Of a stretch of DNA of 64,000 nt, positions 49,546 through 63,800 are shown in pieces. Below the pieces are notes generated by a model. The model did no database searches. It was not told the origin of the DNA and saw nothing but the letters and a program-made list of their open reading frames with translations. The stretch is from the NCBI RefSeq assembly GCF_048593235.1, contig NC_133622.1, positions 204,135,198-204,199,197 on the forward strand, written 5' to 3'. The position numbers and the translations under genes were made by a program. Source of the stretch: Sminthopsis crassicaudata. Taxonomy: Eukaryota. The first letter of the stretch is position 1. Each line of letters begins with the position of its first letter.

Positions 49546-51454
49546 AGCTACTCCAGAATAAGGGTTACATAAGATATAAAGAAAGGGGGGGGGGAAGTAG
49601 AATATAGATAAAGGAAAGATGTAACCCACCTGGTTCCCAGTGAGGGATTGGGGAAATTCAGGAGTCCAAAGATTCTGAATGGAGCCAGGGCCAACACAGT
49701 GGACAGGGGAATATAGATTTGATTATCAACTTCTGAAAAAGAGAGTTGGAAAGCAAATAGATATGCATGGCAGCAGTTCAGATATCCAATTCTGGTATTA
49801 TTTTTTGGCAAAGGCAGGGTTTGGTAGAGTTCAGGGGCCAGGCTGATTTTAGAAGGGCAAGGCTCTTTGGAGGTGCTCCCCTGGAGGTCAGCACAGCCCT
49901 TCACCAGGACTCATTTCAGTTTGTTTGAGTAATATCCATAAAGTGCTTTGCCAACCTTAAATCCTTGCATAATTGCTATCTATTAGTATTCTTAAATAAC
50001 TTTTTTTTTTTTTTTTTAGAGAGTGAGCAGGGGGGAGAAGGAAAGGACCAGGAACATCTTTGACCAGTGAATAGTCTGAAGAGGGAGGAATATTAGAATA
50101 GATACCCAGGGCATTTGGTGTTGGAAGGTTTATTCAGATGACAATTGAAGACCCTAAGAATGATGGACAGAAATTATGTAGAGAAAAAAAAATTAGTCTT
50201 TCAGGGAACAATGTTATTTTTTAAACTTTTTTTCTGAATAGTATTTTATTTTTCCAATTACATGTAAAGATAGTTTTCAACATTCATTTTTGTAAAACTT
50301 TGTGATCTACAACAAGAATAGGTGATGAATAACTATGAAATAATTTGTTCTTTTCAATGGTTCAGTGATCCAAAGCAATCCCAATAGACTTTGGATAGGA
50401 AATGCCATCTGCATCCAGACAAAGAACTATGGAGATTGAACAACAATCTATATTTACACAATATATGCAATACAAGCTATATTTACTTCTTTTTTCTGTT
50501 TTTTTTTTCTCTCCCATGGTTTTTTCCCTTTTGCTCTGATTTTTCTCTCCAATATAATTCATAAAGCAATGTATATTTTTTATTGATTTTATAATTATAA
50601 ATTTTTGACAGTACATGTGCATGATTAATTTTTTTATAACATTATCCCTGGTATTCATTTTTCCAAATTTTCCCCTCCCTCCCTCTACTCCCTCCCCTAG
50701 ATGACAGGCAATCCCATACATATTAAATGTGTTACAGTATAACCTAAATACAATATATGTGTGTAAATCCAATTTTCTTGTTGCACGTTAAGAATTGGAT
50801 TCCATAAAGCAATTATATTAAGTATAAATATAAAGTATATTAAGAAGAAATAAATTTAGAAAAGACTTTTGTGTTCAAAATTTTTCTCCCTCCCTTCTTC
50901 TCCCTTCTTTACCTTCCTAAGACACTAAAGAAAAAAAGCAATCTGATACAGATTGTACATGTACAATCATTTTAAACATATTTCCATATTTGTCATGTTG
51001 TGAAAGAGAAAAACCAAAGGAAAGAAAAAAGAAAACAAAAAGGTAAAAATTGCATGCATTGATTTGCATTCAATCTCCATATCTCTGAATGTAGATGGCA
51101 TTTTCCAACCAAGTCTATTGGAACTGTCTGGGATCACTGTATTGCTGAGAAGAGCTATTAATGATATAACTGATCATCACATAATCTTGAAGTAGCAATG
51201 TTATTGAAAAAATGCAGAGAGTAACCAGATTGTGGGCAGATATCTAACAGCAATGATGGAGAGATTATAATATGGAGGCATTTCATGAAACCCAGAGTGT
51301 AGAGGCCATCAAGGAATGGTAGAGAAATGTTCAAGAAGTGTCTGTGTGGAACAAGGAATATGCACATCATGTTGCAAGGGAAGTGTCATCCTCAGAGAGG
51401 AGTAGGGCTTTATTCAGGTAATGTTGATTGAAATTGCTGTTCAATTTGCTCAAG

Positions 51455-51990
51455 TTGTTTATTCTTTTTGCTCAAAGAGGAACAAAATCATAATCTGAAG
51501 AGGTCAATGTACAGTGTGTCCAGCTGTGGCTGATAAGAGCAATATAAGCTTGGAAGACAGGTCAGGCACAGATAGTCTATTTGACCATTTGGGAGGGAGA
51601 TGTCTCTAAATTTGTGCATCTCATGTTTTTTGAGCTACCACAGTTTTGCTTTGCTCGTAGAGCGGGTGCCTTCTTAGTTGCAGCATGCCAGGCTGGACAA
51701 TCTTGTGCCAGTGTCTCTCACGTATCACAATTAGCACCTAAATTCTTCAGAGAGCCCTTGAAAGTGTCCTTGTCTCACTTCTTCTGACCTCCATGTAAGC
51801 AGTTGCCATGTGCAAGTTCTTTGCAAAGTAGGTTTTTTTTTAGGCATTTGAACAACGTGGCCAGCCTGTCAGACTTGTGCTCTCTTGAGTAGAGTATGGA
51901 TGTGATCAACATTACTTCAGCAAATCTGTTCTCAGCAAATTTACTGAAGATCAAAAATGTAGGAATTTCTTGAGAAGCAAACAAGGAAGA
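51455..51990 (-). mobile_element. RTE-type LINE 3' fragment
   Basis: Minus strand reads ELAHGNCLHGGQKK..DTFKGSLKNLG..WETLAQDCPAW, like the RTE ORF C-terminus. Confidence 0.8.
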
Positions 51991-52239
51991 CAAAGCATAT
52001 AGGGAAACAACATTGGAGATGGGCAAGTTAGTGTCAAATGCACCTGAGGAGGATTAGAGTTAAGAGTGACAATATGTAGATATCATGCAAGGTGTTAGAA
52101 TGTAATGATCATAAATGGAAAGTGAATATGGTGGAAAGCACATTGCAGTGATGATGGGATTTAGAAGTCTGGTGCTTTAGGTCATATGCATAAAATCTCA
52201 ATTCAGGGTTTCTGGTAATGATTTTAGGAGAAGAGTGTG

Positions 52240-53900
52240 ATAACTACAGAAGGAGAATTATAAACCAATATCATTAAAGAATATTAATTCAAATGCTTTA
52301 TATAAAATCCTGTCAGACAGATAATTCATCCAAAAATCATTCATTATAACCAAGTTAGATTTATAAATCTAACTTACATTGCTGTAAGGCTCAGTATCTG
52401 AAAAATAAACAACATAATTATATTAAAAACAAAAACATGTAAGAGCAAATGATTATCTCAACAGATGTAAGAAAAAGTCTTGACAAAATACAGTACTCAT
52501 TTGGCATGAGACAATCTACACAGTATAGGAATAGGGCATATCTTTTAAAAAGTTATCTAAAATAAAAGGCAAACATCAAATGCAATAGGGACATACTAGA
52601 AGCTTTCCCACTAAATACAGGAAGTTAGCAAGGATGTGAACTCTCCTTGCTTTTAATCAATGTAGTTCTAGAAATACCAGCAATAACAATGAGAAAGAAA
52701 AAGAAATTAAAAGCATAAAGATGGGGGAAAAGGAAATAGAATTTTATCTATTTACTGATTACATGATGGTTTATTAAAAATTTCCAGAGAATCAAAAAAC
52801 ATACTGAGAAAATTAATAGCTTTATCCATGTTGCAGCTTTCAAAATAAACCCACAAAATCAATGGCATTTCTAATAAAATCCAACAGACAATAATGGAAA
52901 GGGAAATCTCATTGCAAAAAATTTCAGAATCTGTAACATAATTGAGTCTCAACCTACCAAAGCACACATAATATTTTCAAAGTGTTCCTTATAAAGATAT
53001 AAGATTTAATGTTTACGTATATTGGATTTAACATATATTTTAACATGTATAACATATATTGGATTACTTGCCGTCTAGGGGAGGGGGTGGAGGGAAAAAG
53101 AGGAAAATCTGAAACAAAAGGCTATGCAAGAGTCAATGTTGAAAAATTATCAATGCATATGTTTTGAAAATAAAAAGGTGTAATAAAAAAAGAAAATAAG
53201 ATTTGAATAACCATAAAGATAGTGCTCATGACTGAGTTGTGTCAATATAATAAAAATGTAATACTACCAAAGTTAATTTATAATTTTAATGCCATAAAAC
53301 CACTTAAATTATCAAAAGCATTCTTCACAAAACTGAATAACAACACAATTCATTTAAGAAGTAAAAGATATGGAATATCAAAGGAAATCATGAAAAAAGA
53401 AATAGCACTTTTAGAACTTAAACTATATTATGAAGCAATAATCATCAAAATCATTGCTATTAGTTAAAAAATAAAATAGGTCAATGGAACAGAAGAGACA
53501 AAGAGGAATCAGAAATAAGAGAGTTCAATAACTAAGCATTCAGTTGACTGGAAACCTTACATTACTTAGGAAAGAACTCCCTGTTTGATGAAAATTGCCT
53601 TAAAAACTGGAAATCAGTTGGAAGAAATCAAGTTTAGACCAGCATTTATACTCTATTGATCAAGAGGGGAGGCCCATAATTTGGAGAATGGATGAACAAC
53701 TTACAGTGATATAAATGTGATGGAATACTACTGTAAATTCATATCAGTGTAATGACCAAACAAGATTCCAGGAAATTAATGATGAAATATACTATCTATC
53801 TTCTACTATAGAAGTGAGGGACTCACAGAGTAGAAAGAGATGAATATTTGTTTGGACATAGTCATTGTGAAATTGTTTTGACTGACTTTGTTTGTAATGG
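52240..53900 (+). mobile_element. Old degraded L1 ORF2
   Basis: Decayed RT motifs (aaaccaatatcattaaagaatatt, tatttactgattacatgatggtt) and ILPKLIYNFNAI. Confidence 0.7.
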
Positions 53901-54035
53901 GTTGTATTTTTCCTTGTGTTCTCATTGGGGAATGAAGTAGAAGGGAAGAAGCTGGATCTTGGCTAATTAAACAATAAATTTTTTTTGTTCATTTGTTTGT
54001 TTGTTTGTTTGTTTTTTTCAAAAAGTCAAGGTATG

Positions 54036-57000
54036 GGACTTCTAGCCACGATGGCGGAGAGGACACACACATCTATCTAAGCTCTTTCTTGCCCTCAGAA
54101 TACTTTTTTTCATGACAAGGCCTCGGAATTAGTGCTTGACTGAAAAAACCCACAAACACATTACCAAGAGAAGATATCCTCGAAATTTGCCAGAAAAGGT
54201 GGGCGGGAAAGCTTAGATCAGGTTCAGACTGAAGGCAGACGGTGAGAATACAGCAGGCAGTTCACACTGAGCAGATCTGAGGGGAAAGGGGTGTGATCTC
54301 AGCCGTTTCTGCAGGGAGAGCTTTACCACAGTGTGGCTACTTTGCCTTGGCAGCAAACCAGTAGATCAGCAGAGAAGCTATAAATACAGGGGGTGAAGAC
54401 TATAATCCTGAAAAGCTAGTGTCTCTCAGGACCTGGCCACACCCAAAGTAACTCAACACGCTCTCAGAGTCTCTGAATGCAGACGCAGTGCAGCCATTGC
54501 TGTCCTGCTAGTGCCTTGCTGCTGCCCCCCTCCCCCCCGGCAGTCTGTAGAGGAAGCTTGGTAACACCATCCAGTAGACCGCATTTGCTTTTTTTGTTTG
54601 TTTGTTTTCTTTGATATTTCTTTGACAAAATGAGCAAAAAATTAAAATGTGCTCTATTGATAGCTTCTATATGGATAGAGAACCCTGAGGAGACTAAAAA
54701 CAGACTGTCTCCAGATGAATCCCCAAAGGGGGATATGATCTGGTCCCCAACACACAAGACTCTCATAGAAGAAATTAAAAAGGGTCTCACAAGAGAGCTA
54801 GAAGAAAAATGGGAAAAGGAAAGGGAAGCTTGGCAAGAGAATCTGGATAAGTCATCCCACTCATTTAAAGATAGAGCGGATAAAGAAATCAAATCCTTGA
54901 AAAACAAAATTAATGAATTGGAAAAAGAAAATAGCTCTCTAAAAAATAAAATTGGTAAAATGGAAAGAAATTCCATAGAATAAAACAACTCACTTAAAAA
55001 CTCAATTGGACAATTTGAAAAAGATATAAAAAAGTGAGTGAAGAAAATAATTCATTAAAAATCCGAATTGAACAAATGGAAATGAATGACTCAAGGAGAC
55101 ACCAAGAATCAGTCAAGCAAAACCAAAAAAAATGAAACAATGGGAAAAACTGTCAAGTAGCTTCTTGGGAAAACAACAGACCTGGAAAACAGATATCTAG
55201 GAGAGATAATCTGATAATTATTGGACTTCCTGAAAATCATGATGAAAAAAAGAGGCTGGACACTATTTTCCAGGAAATCATCGAAGAGAACTGCCCAGAC
55301 ATTATAGAAACAGAAGGTAAAATAGACATTAAAAGAATTCATCCATCACCTACTGAAAGAGATCCCAAAATAAAAACTCCAAGAAATACAATGGCTAAAT
55401 TCCAGAACTATCAGACCAAGGAAAAAATACTGCAAGCTGCTAGGAAAAAAAAACACAATTCAAATATAGAGGAACCACAATAAGGATAAGAATCTAGCAG
55501 TGCCCACAGTAAAGGATCGAAGGGTCTGGAATCTGATATTATAAAAAGCTAAGGAACTTGGATACAGCCAAGAATAACTTACGTCAGCTAAAATGACCAT
55601 TTTTTTCAGGGAAGAAGATGTACATTCAATGAAATAGGTGAATTTCATCTATTTCTGATGAAAAAACCAGAACTAAACAAAAAATTTGATCTCCAAATGT
55701 AGGACTCAAGAGAAACATAAAAAGGTAAGAAGAAATCTTGGGAACTATACTTTTGTTATAAATATACACAAAGAATACATGTATAATTTAGTTTTACAGG
55801 TATAATATAAAAAAGAAACTAGAGGTGGAAAGGAAATTGTACCAGAAAAAGGATAAAGTGTGGGTACTATATCTCACTACATCATCTGAGGGAAAGAAGA
55901 GAGGGGGATAAACATGGTATGTATCTTACTCACATCAGAATTGACTTAAAGAGAAAAATATTAGACATGTTCGATTTATAGAGCAACTTCTCCCACCTCA
56001 TTGAAAAGTGGGAGGGGAAAAGTGAAAAGGGAGGGAGTAAGCTAAAAAGAAGGGAATACAGAAATTGTGAGGAAAAAGGGTAAAAAAAAGGGGAGAAACT
56101 CTAAGGTGGGGTGTTAGTTTCTGGAGACATCAGGACATTACAGTGGAGGGAGGGATCCTAAAAAGGGAGGGCTGTGAGAGGCAAATGGTGCTAACAAGTT
56201 TAATACTGGGGAGGGTGGTAAGAGGGAAGGAAAGGAAAAAAGCATAAGCAGGGGTTAACAAGATGTCAAGTAATACAGAATTAGTAATTTTAACCACAAA
56301 TGTGAATGGGATAAACTCCCCCACAAAGTAGAAGTGGATAGCAGACTGGATTAAAAGCCAAAACCCTACAATATGTTGTTTACAGGAAATACACTTGAAG
56401 CAGGGCAATACAAACAGAGTAAAGGTAAAAGGCTGGGGCAGAAACTACTATGCTTCAGGTGAAGTAAAAAAAGAAAAAAAAAAAAAAAGCAGAGGTAGCC
56501 ATCCTGATCTCAGATCAAGCAAAAGCAAAAATTGATCTAATTAAAAGAGATAAGGAAGGGCACTATATCTTGTTAAAGGGTAGCATAGATAATGAAGCAA
56601 TAACAATATTAAACATCTACGCACCAAGTGGTGTAGCATCTAAATTCTTAAAAGAGAAATTAAGAGAGCTGCAAGAAGAAATAGACAGCAAAACTATAAC
56701 AGTGGGAGATTTCAACCTTGCATTCTCAGAATTAGATAAATCAAACCACAAATAAATAAGAAAGAAGTCAGAGGTAAATGGAATACTAAAAAAGTTAGGT
56801 ATGATAGATCTTTGGAGAAAACTAAATGGAGACAGAAAGGAGTACACTTTCTTCTCAACAGTTCATGGACCTATACAAAAATTGACCATATATTAGGACA
56901 TAAAAACCTCAAGGCAGAAATAGTGAATGTATCCTTTTCAGACCACAATGCAATAAAAATTACATTCAATAAAAAGCCAGGGGAAAATAGACCAAAAAAA

Positions 57001-57189
57001 TTGGAAACTAAATAATCTCATCCTAAAGAACGATTGGGTGAAACAGCAAATCATAGACATAATTAATAACTTCATCCAAAAAATGACAATAATGAGACAT
57101 CATACCAGAATATGTGATATGCAGCCAAAATGGTAATAAGGGGAAATTTTATATTTCTAGAGGACTACTTGCATAAAATAGAGAAAGAG
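54036..57189 (+). mobile_element. 3'-truncated L1: 5'UTR, degraded ORF1 (from 54630) and ORF2 endonuclease start
   Basis: Starts GGACTTCTAGCCACGATGGCGG; ORF1-like coiled coil; endonuclease-like MSSNTELVILTTNVNG and YTKIDHILG; 16-bp TSD AAAAAGTCAAGGTATG at 54020-54035 and 57190-57205. Confidence 0.88.
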
Positions 57190-57499
57190 AAAAAGTCAAG
57201 GTATGCCAAACTAATCTAAGTTTCTTTTTTTTTGATACTGGTAGTTATTTAAAAATACATGTTACACCTACTATATGTGCCAGGCATTATGCTAACTAAA
57301 TTCTGGGAATATAAAGAAAGGCAAAAAGTAATCCCTGAACTCGGGAAGCTCATAGATAACATGCAAACAACTACATACATGCAAATTATAAATAAAATGA
57401 ACTGGAGATAATCAACAGAGGGAAGACACTGGAATTAAGGGAGACTAGGAAAGTCTGCCTGTAGAAAGTGGGATTTTATTTTTCCCCTTATTTATTTAG

Positions 57500-59640
57500 A
57501 ACAAAGTAGAAAAAGAAAAAAATTGCAATGTGCACAGTAGAACATAGGAAAGGATTCAAAATATGAAACAATAAATTTTGCTTCAAGAAAATTTTTATGA
57601 CAAATACTGAATATTGTGTTCAGAATTGTCCATCTTTTCTTTGCTTCACTGTAGGTTTTCTTTTGTTCTCTGCCATGTACTTATTTAATGCCCCCCTTTC
57701 TTCTCTCCCTCTTAGTTAAGCATGAATATTGTTACATGAACATATAATATATATACATACATATCTCTCTTTATATCTTTATACATAGATATCTATAACA
57801 TGCACATATACACATGTACATTCCTATTTTCTGAACTTAGATAACACCTTCCCTCATAAATTCAAGTTTTTCCATATTTTTCTAATTCCATCAAATCACC
57901 ATTTCCTATACTAAAGCAATACTCCTTTATACTATCTAGTTACTTTAAATAGTCAAAAACAATACTAATTAACATGGCTGACAAATAGTTTCCCTGTTTT
58001 TTTCTCTTTTGACTAAATCTATTTTAGCTTTCTGATCTTTATTATGTTTGTATCTCTTATTTCCTACCCCTTCTTACCCCACTGATTTACTTCTAATTGC
58101 TACCTTGCCTTCCTGATACTTAAATTACCCCCTTTCCAAGAGACCTTCCCTTATCCTCTCCCCCCCAACCTTTTCCTTCCTTCTTCATCTCATTCCCATG
58201 AATCTTACACACATTATCCAATTCCTGTTAATCATCACATTTTTCTATGCTATCTCTCTTTATCCTATCCTTTACCCCCTTATTTCTTAGTAAATAAAAA
58301 AAATTACTCCCTTTTAAATATATATATATATTTTGCTCTCTTTAACCCAGATCTGACGTGAATAGTTCCCTTTTAAAATCTTCCCTTATTCTCTCCCCTC
58401 TTCCTAGCCCCTTACCCTCTTATTACTTTCTGAATTTAGAAGACTTTTATAAACTTCTAAATATATATGTATTGTTTCTTCTTTAACCCATTCCTGATGA
58501 GAGTAGGATTCCAGAATTTCCTTCCCCATCTAGTTCCTGTGTCAGTTCTTCCTCTTGCACCTCATTCATATAATTACTCTTCTCCTTTTCCTACATGATT
58601 TTACTTTTTAGAATCACATTATACTTGGCTCTACCCTAATCTTTCTTTCAAAAAACCCAATTACTAATGTCAATCTTAGACATGTGATTTACATTTCTAT
58701 TTATAAAACATAAATAATTTGTCCTTATTGAGTTTCTTGTAATTGGTCTTTGATATATATCTTATATTTCTCTTGGATGTCAGATGTCAAATTTTTTATT
58801 AAGCTCAAGTCTTTTTGCAACAAAATTTTCAAAGTCTAGCAATTCACTGTCTTTTTCCCCCATTCAAAATTATGCCGAACTTTGTGGAGTGTATTTTCGG
58901 CTACAACATCAGTTCTTTTGCTCTTTGCTCAGTTCCAAGACTTGGAATCATCTTTTAATGTAGTCATTGTTAGGCCTTGTATAATTCTAATTGTGATTCT
59001 GTCATATTTGAATTGTTTTTTCCCTTATTGTTTGAGCTATTTTCTCCTTGACCTGTGGGTTTTGGAATTTGGCCATGATGTTCCTATAAGTTTTCCTTAT
59101 AGAATCTCTTTCAGGTGGCGAATGGTGAATTTTTTCCATTTCTACTTTCCCTTCTTGTTCTAATACTTCAGGACAATTTTTTAAAATTTCTTGTATTATT
59201 GTGTCAAGATTCTTTTTTTAACCAAAACTTTTAGGTAATTCAGTTTTTTATATTGTTTTCTCTTCTTGATCTGTCCTTCAGATCAGTTGTTTTTCTTATG
59301 AGATATCTCATGTTCTCTTCTATTTTGTCATTCCTCATATTGTCTTATTATTTCTTGAGAACCAATTCTAATTCTCAAGTCATTTTCTTCCTTTAGATTC
59401 TGGTTGGTTGACTTTCTTTTCATAATCTTGTTTTTCCTGGATTGGTTTTTAAATTTTTTTCCTCCATCTCTCTTCATTTGATTTTTAAAGTCATTTTGGA
59501 GCTCTTCTTTGAATTCTTTTTGGGCAGGTGGCCATTCAGCATACTCCTTGGAGTAGGAAAGGCTTTTTTTTGGCTTCAGTATCCTCCTTTAAAGATGAAC
59601 CCCAGCCTTCTCTATTTCCATATTAGCTTTCTATGGTTTA
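57500..59640 (-). mobile_element. Old L1-like sequence, antisense (ORF1 region)
   Basis: T-rich strand with reverse-complement ORF1-like stretches (e.g. ttttctcttcttgatctgtccttcagatcagttg). Confidence 0.55.
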
Positions 59641-59644
59641 TTGA

Positions 59645-59645
<1 letters not shown>

Positions 59646-59680
<35 letters not shown>
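59646..59680. repeat. (TG)n microsatellite
   Basis: Seen directly. Confidence 0.9.
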
Positions 59681-59681
<1 letters not shown>

Positions 59682-59934
59682 GGGTCAGACCTGTGCTTTA
59701 GGAAGATCACTTTGGCAGTTTAATAGGGGATTGACTGGAGTAGGAAGAGGTGTAGTGGTGAGACTAATTAGAAGGCTGTTAAATAGTCTAAGACCAGAGG
59801 ATGAGTAGTTATAGTGTCAGAGGAGAGAAGGTAAAATTGATAGGTCTTGGCCACAGATTATATAGAGGCAAAGGATAACATGAAAGTTGTGAGCCCGGAT
59901 GATTGCAAGGATGCTGGACCCTTGGTAGATCAGA

Positions 59935-60830
59935 AGACTTTCTAAAGATAGTTTATCTAGTTTTTGAAAATCATTTAAGAAAATTGTTCAAGTTACCTTG
60001 TTGGAGATATGGAGAGATGTTGAGGAAGATGGAGAGATATGGACTAGATGACAATATAGTTAGGAGGATTCGATGTTGGCTGAATGGTCAGACCCCAAAA
60101 TTAGCTATTAATGGGTTGATGGTAAGGAGGAGAGATGTCTCTAGTGAGAGTGCTGCATGGATCCACTCTTGGTTCTACCATTGTTCAAGATTTTTATAAA
60201 TGACTTGGATAAAGGAAAATAACTTATAGATATTAAGCTGGGTGGGATGATAACCAAGACCACCCCCAAAAAAAGTTTTGGGCTGAATCTCATAACATGA
60301 ATTTTTAAATTATTATAGCTTTTTATTGACAAAACATATGGATGAGTAATTTTTCAACACTGACCCTTGTAAAAATTTCTGTTCCAACTTTTCCCCCTCC
60401 TCCCCACCCCCACCCCTAGATGGCAGGTAGACCCATACATGTTAAATATGTTAAAGTATATGTTAAATCCAATATATATAACATGAAATTTAATAGGCCA
60501 AAATGTTATCTTACATTTGGGCTCAAAAAATCATCTTCATATGTATAGGATGGAAGGAAGTGAAACTTGGCAGTAACTAGTAGACTAATCGATGAGTTGT
60601 CAGTGTGACATGACAGTCAAAAAAAGCTAATGCAATCTTGCAGTACAGCTTCTGGAAAGGTGATGATCCCCTTGTGCCCTACCTTCATCAGCCTATATCT
60701 AGAGAATGGTGTGGGATTCTAGGTGCTGAATATTCAGGATATTGGAATAAGATTGGAAGGTTTCCAGAGAAGAGCAATCATTCCTTCAGTGGTGAAGGAC
60801 TCCCAAGTTCATGTTCTATGAGGATTGCCT
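59935..60830 (+). mobile_element. CR1/L3 RT fragment, interrupted by an antisense L1 3'UTR piece (about 60300-60480) and ending at the young L1
   Basis: MERYGLDDNIVRRIRCWLNGQT...FKIFINDLD resembles CR1 RT. Confidence 0.75.
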
Positions 60831-60833
60831 GAC

Positions 60834-63800
60834 CCCCAACCAAATACTAAACTTGAAATACAAAAATTAAAAGGAGAAATCAATAATATTGAAAGTAAAA
60901 AAACTATTGAATTAATAAATAAAACCAAGAGTTGGTTTTATGAAAAAGCCAATAAAATAGATAAACCTTTGGTAAATCTGATCAGAAAAAAGAAAGAGGA
61001 AAATCAAATTGTTAGTCTTACAAATGAAAAGGGGGATCTTTCCACCAAGGAAGAGGAAATTAGAGAAATAATAAGGAGTTACTTTGCCCAACTTTATGCC
61101 AACAAATTTGATAACTTAAGTGAAATGGATGACTTCCTCCAAAAATATAGGCTCCCGAGATTAACAGAGGAGGAAATAAATTGCTTAAATAGTCCCATTT
61201 CAGAAAAAGAAATAGAACAAGCTATTAATCAACTCCCCAGGAAAAAATCCCCAGGACCAGATGGATTCACATGTGAATTCTACCAAACATTTAAAGAACA
61301 ATTAGCCCCAATGTTATATAAATTATTTGAAAAAATAGGGGATGAAGGATTCCTACCAAACTCCTTTTATGACACAGACATGGTACTGATACCTAAACCA
61401 GGTAGAGCGAAAACTGAGAAAGAAAATTATAGACCAATTTCCTTAATGAATATTGATGCTAAAATCTTAAATAAGATATTAGCAAAAAGACTTCAGAAAA
61501 TCATCTCCAGGATAATACACTATGATCAAGTAGGATTTATTCCAGGAATGCAGGGCTGGTTTAATATTAGGAAAACTATTAATATAATTGACCATATTAA
61601 TAATCAAATTGATAAGAACCATATGATCATCTCAATAGATGCAGAAAAAGCATTTGACAAAATCCAACATCCATTCCTACTAAAAACTCTTGAGAGTATA
61701 GGAATAAATGGACTATTCCTTAGAATAATCAGGAGCATATATTTAAGACCGTCAGTAAGCATAATATGCAATAGAAATAAACTACAACCTTTCCCAGTAA
61801 GATCAGGAGTGAAACAAGGTTGCCCACTATCACCATTACTATTCAATATAGTACTAGAAACGCTAGCCTCGGCAATAAGAGCCGAGAAAGAGATTCAAGG
61901 AATTAGAGTAGGAAATGAGGAAATCAAACTATCACTTTTTGCAGATGACATGATGGTATACTTAGAGAACCCCAAAGACTCTGCTAAAAAGCTACTAGAA
62001 ATAATTCAAAATTTCAGCAAAGTGGCAGGATACAAAATAAATCCACATAAATCCTCAGCATTTTTATATATCACTAACAAAATGCAACAGCAAGAGATAC
62101 AAAGAGAAATTCCATTCCAAACAAATGTTGAGAGTATAAAGTATTTGGGAATCCATCTACCAAAGAAAAGTCAGGAATTATATGAGAAAAATTACAAAAC
62201 ACTTGCCACAAAAATAAAGTCAGATTTAAATAATTGGAAAGACATTCAGTGCTCTTGGATAGGCGGAGCGAATATAATAAAGATGACAATACTCCCCAAA
62301 CTAATCTATTTATTTAGTGCTATACCAATCAGACTCCCAAGAAACTATTTCAATGACCTAGAAAAAATAACAACAAAATTCATATGGAAGAATAAAAGGT
62401 CGAGAATTGCAAGGGATCTAATGAAAAAAAAAAAAACTCAGAGGAAGGTGGTCTAAGTGTACCTGATCTAAAGCCATATTATATAGCAGCAGTCACCAAA
62501 ACCATTTGGTATTGGCTAAGAAATAGACCGGTAGATCAGTGGAACAGATTAGATACAAAGGACAAAAAAGGGTACATCTATAGCAACCTAATCTTTGACA
62601 AACCCAAAGATACCAACATTAGGGATAAAAATTCATTATTCGGAAAAAACTGTTGGGAAAACTGGAAATTAGTATGGCAGAAATTAGCTATGGATCCACA
62701 CTTAACACCATATACCAAGATAAGATCAAAATGGGTCCATGATTTAGGCATAAAGAATAAGATCATAAATAAATTAGAGGAACAGAGGATAGTCTACCTC
62801 TCAGACCTGTGGAGGAGGAAGGAATTTATGACCAGAGGAGAACTAGAGATCATTATTGATCACAAAATAGAAGATATTGATTACATCAAACTAAAAAGTT
62901 TCTATACAAATAATATTAATGCAAACAAGATTAGAAGGGAAGTAACAAATTGGGAAAATATTTTTAAAAGCAAAGGTTCTGACAAAGGTCTCATTTCCAA
63001 AATATATAGAGAACTGACCCTAATTTATAAGAAACCGAACCATTCTCCAATTGATAAATGGTCAAAGGATATGAACAGACAATTCTCAGAGGAAGAAATT
63101 GAAACTATTTCCACTCACATGAAAGAGTGTTCCAAATCACTACTGATCAGAGAAATGCAAATTAAGACCACTCTGAGATACCACTACACACCTGTCAGAT
63201 TGGCTAAGATGACAGGAACAAATAATGATAAATGTTGGAGGGGATGTGGGGAAATTGGGACACTAATACATTGCTGGTGGAGTTGTGAAAGAATCCAGCC
63301 ATTCTGGAGAGCAATCTGGAATTATGCCCAAAAAATTATCAAACTGTGCATACTCTTTGACCCAGCAGTGCTACTACTGGGCTTATATCCCAAAGAAATA
63401 CTAAAGAGCGGAAAGAGACATATATGTGCCAAAATGTTTGTGGCAGCTCTTTTTGTTGTAGCTAGAAACTGGAAGATGAATGGATGTCCATCAGTTGGAG
63501 AATGGTTGGGTAAATTATGGTATATGAAGGTTATGGAATATTATTGCTCTGTAAGAAATGACCAACAGGAGGAATACAGAGAGGCCTGGAGAGACTTAAA
63601 TCAACTGATGCTGAGTGAAATGAGCAGAACCAGAAGATCACTGTACACTTCAACAACAATACTGTATGAGGATGTATTCTGATGGAAGTGGAAATCTTCA
63701 ACATAAAGAAGAGCCAACTCACTTCCAGTTGATCAATGATGGACAGAGGTAGCTACACCCAGAGAAGAAACACTGGGAAGTGAATGTAAATTGTTAGCAC

